Assembly (NCBI GenBank): GCA_964393815.1
Contig: CAYMUP010000001.1
Span: 1-62,799 of the forward strand
DNA length: 62,799 nt
Source: an uncultured Candidatus Saccharibacteria bacterium
Lineage (GTDB): Bacteria > Patescibacteriota > Saccharimonadia > Saccharimonadales > UBA4665
Direction: 5' to 3'
Shown: positions 61,055 through 62,799 of the stretch, in pieces
Layout of the letters: each line of letters starts with the position of its first letter
How positions within the stretch are numbered: position 1 is the first letter of the stretch
Translations under genes and position numbers: made by a program
Notes under the pieces: model-generated
Databases searched by the model: none
What the model saw: only the letters and a program-made list of their open reading frames with translations
Told to the model about the DNA's origin: nothing

Positions 61055-62799
61055 ATGCGAACACTTGCACAAGAAACAATTTCAAAAACTGGCGAAACAC
61101 TGACGGTAATGGGCTGGGTGCATTCGCGCCGAGACCATGGTGGGTTAATCTTTGTGGATATACGTGATCACACGGGGCTACTCCAACTGGTATTTCATCC
61201 CGACGCTCAAGACGCATTTAATCAGGCTGAAGAGCTACGTGACGAATACGTCATAAAGGTAACCGGCAAGCTTCAGGAGCGGGATGCCGCACTAAAAAAC
61301 GATCGGATTCCCACGGGCGGTGTGGAACTGGTAGTAGAGAACCTGGTCGTCCTGAACCGCAGTGAACCCCTCCCTATACAGCCGTTTGCGGAGGCACAGG
61401 CCAACGAAGAGCTGCGCCTAAGATATCGCTATCTTGATCTTCGTCGCCCCAAAATGCAACAGATGCTAAAAAAGCGCTCAGAGTATTACAAGTACATGCG
61501 CCGTTATCTTGAAGAGCGCGATTTTACAGAGGTAGCAACACCAATTTTGGCTAACAGTAGCCCAGAAGGGGCTCGTGATTTCCTCATTCCCTCGCGTGTG
61601 CACGAGGGTAAGTTTTACGCGCTACCTCAGGCACCGCAGCAGTTCAAGCAGCTTTTGATGGTAGGCGGCGTACCTCGCTACTACCAGATGGCAGCGTGTT
61701 TTCGCGACGAAGACCCTAGGGCAGACAGGCTCTACGGTGAGTTTTACCAGCTTGATCTCGAAATGAGCTTTGTTGAGGACGGTGAAGAAGTGCGCAGTAC
61801 CATGGAACCACTCATAAAGTCGCTGGTGACTGACTTTGCTGGGCTGCAACTAGTCAGTGACGAAGTCCCCCGGATCCCCTACAACGAAGCGATGGAGAAA
61901 TATGGCTCCGACAAGCCAGACCTTCGGTTTGGCATGGAACTTGTCGAGCTTTCGGACGTGTTTAAAGATTCAGCTTTCGGCGTGTTTAAGAATGCTGTTG
62001 AGGGAGGTGGGGCGGTCAAGGCAATTTGCGTCAAAAATGGCGCCAGTTTAAGCCGTAGCCAGATCGACAGCTTCACCGAGATTGCCAAGAGCGAAGGCGC
62101 GGGCGGCCTAGCCTACCTCACCTACAAAGAAGGCTCTGTGCAGTCGCCGATCGCTAAATTTATGAGCGAAACGGAGCTGAGTGAAATAAAGGCAAGAGTA
62201 GGGGCAGAAGACGGCGATGCAGTTTTCTTTGGCGCGGACACTCGCTCAGTGGTAAACAAAGTACTTGGTCGGCTCAGGAACGAGTTTGCAAGCCACTTTG
62301 AGCTGAAAGATCCTAGTAAAGTTGCACTGGCCTGGATCGTAGATTTTCCGTTTTATGAACGAGACGAAAAAACCGGCAAACTAGACTTTGGCCACAACCC
62401 ATTTAGCATGCCAAAGGCTACACTAGAAGAGCTAGACCACACCGAAGACAAACTGACGATTGTTGCCGACCAGTACGATATGGTGGCAAACGGCTATGAG
62501 ATTTGTAGTGGCGGTGTGCGCAACCATAACCCAGAGGTGCTCTACAAAGTGTTTGGTGTGCTTGGCTTTACGCCTGAGTATGTCGAAGAAAAGTTTGGCG
62601 CCATGCTAAATGCTTTCAAATACGGTGCGCCACCACACGCCGGCTGTGCCTTTGGTCTTGACAGGATATTTATGGTGCTAATGGGCGAAGACAACATACG
62701 TGAAATCGTAGCCTTCCCTAAAAATGGTAGCGGCCAAGACGTCATGATGAACTCACCCTCCACCGTCGACCCCGCCCAGCTCAAAGAACTAAACATCAC
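61055..62799 (+). CDS. aspS: aspartate--tRNA ligase, bacterial type (3' end beyond the window)
   Basis: Open to the window edge, so absent from the track. Translated by hand: MRTLAQETISKTGETLTVMGWVHSRRDHGGLIFVDIRDHTGLLQLVF ... FLIPSRVHEGKFYALPQAPQQFKQLLMVGG ... YYQMAACFRDEDPRADR ... EFYQLDLEMSF. Confidence 0.93.
   Translation, partial: MRTLAQETISKTGETLTVMGWVHSRRDHGGLIFVDIRDHTGLLQLVFHPDAQDAFNQAEELRDEYVIKVTGKLQERDAALKNDRIPTGGVELVVENLVVLNRSEPLPIQPFAEAQANEELRLRYRYLDLRRPKMQQMLKKRSEYYKYMRRYLEERDFTEVATPILANSSPEGARDFLIPSRVHEGKFYALPQAPQQFKQLLMVGGVPRYYQMAACFRDEDPRADRLYGEFYQLDLEMSFVEDGEEVRSTMEPLIKSLVTDFAGLQLVSDEVPRIPYNEAMEKYGSDKPDLRFGMELVELSDVFKDSAFGVFKNAVEGGGAVKAICVKNGASLSRSQIDSFTEIAKSEGAGGLAYLTYKEGSVQSPIAKFMSETELSEIKARVGAEDGDAVFFGADTRSVVNKVLGRLRNEFASHFELKDPSKVALAWIVDFPFYERDEKTGKLDFGHNPFSMPKATLEELDHTEDKLTIVADQYDMVANGYEICSGGVRNHNPEVLYKVFGVLGFTPEYVEEKFGAMLNAFKYGAPPHAGCAFGLDRIFMVLMGEDNIREIVAFPKNGSGQDVMMNSPSTVDPAQLKELNI

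Noticed and set aside
1-62799. Scan for CRISPR arrays, rRNA, tRNA, transposases, integrases, reverse transcriptases and toxin-antitoxin pairs.
   Set aside because: I saw no regularly spaced short repeats, no rRNA or tRNA signatures, and no DDE, tyrosine- or serine-recombinase, or RT motifs in any ORF. The only repeats are the dispersed GTGAAA element, the 310-bp GT repeat, the heptamer triplets and the intragenic 189-nt protein repeats.

Overview
This 62.8-kb chromosomal window spans a replication origin: recF-dnaN-dnaA on the minus strand faces rpmH-rnpA-yidC-jag on the plus strand, and DnaA-box clusters sit on both sides of dnaA. TGA is used as a stop codon. Gene content and style fit a small-genome, Gram-positive-type bacterium, possibly Patescibacteria/CPR and Saccharibacteria-like. 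That taxonomic call is inference only.

Coding content:
- Left of the origin (15-14206) is a Gram-positive-style type IV secretion-like locus. It holds a giant VirB6/TrbL-like membrane protein, a PrgI/VirB3-like protein, a VirB4 ATPase that appears split into two translationally coupled ORFs, two large cell-wall hydrolases (M15; lysozyme-like plus M23) and unknown partner proteins.
- Right of the origin lie a large SGNH/TSP3-repeat surface protein and a roughly 30-kb envelope-glycan region.
- The glycan region contains three GT4 genes, an ABC-2 exporter pair, a CapE/FnlA-type 2-acetamido-2,6-dideoxy-L-hexose trio, a coiled-coil methyltransferase, four multi-domain GT2/GT4 genes, galE, a PMM/PGM, a ManC-like nucleotidyltransferase, GtrA, an O-antigen-ligase-like protein, a WbaP-type initiating transferase and a further GT4.
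- The window ends with a LexA-DBD-only regulator, a HAD hydrolase, an unknown two-gene unit, nadD, a DsbA-like protein, a CNNM/CBS protein and a 3'-truncated aspS.

Non-coding highlights:
1. A sequence matching the cobalamin-riboswitch core, with a terminator/SD-sequestering hairpin, directly upstream of an uncharacterised 397-aa ORF plus an unlisted 55-aa four-Cys ORF.
2. A dispersed 46-70-bp element, present five times plus one half copy, built from two rGTGAAA half-sites at fixed 33-34-nt spacing.
3. A 310-bp, 100 % identical direct repeat linking two adjacent glycosyltransferase genes.
4. Two unusually structured gaps between convergent genes (25.45-25.65 kb and 49.63-50.07 kb).
5. A 367-bp recF-dnaN spacer carrying heptamer repeats.

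I recognised no rRNA, tRNA, CRISPR array, transposase or integrase. All protein calls rest on motifs recognised by eye and on synteny. No HMM, BLAST or covariance search was run.
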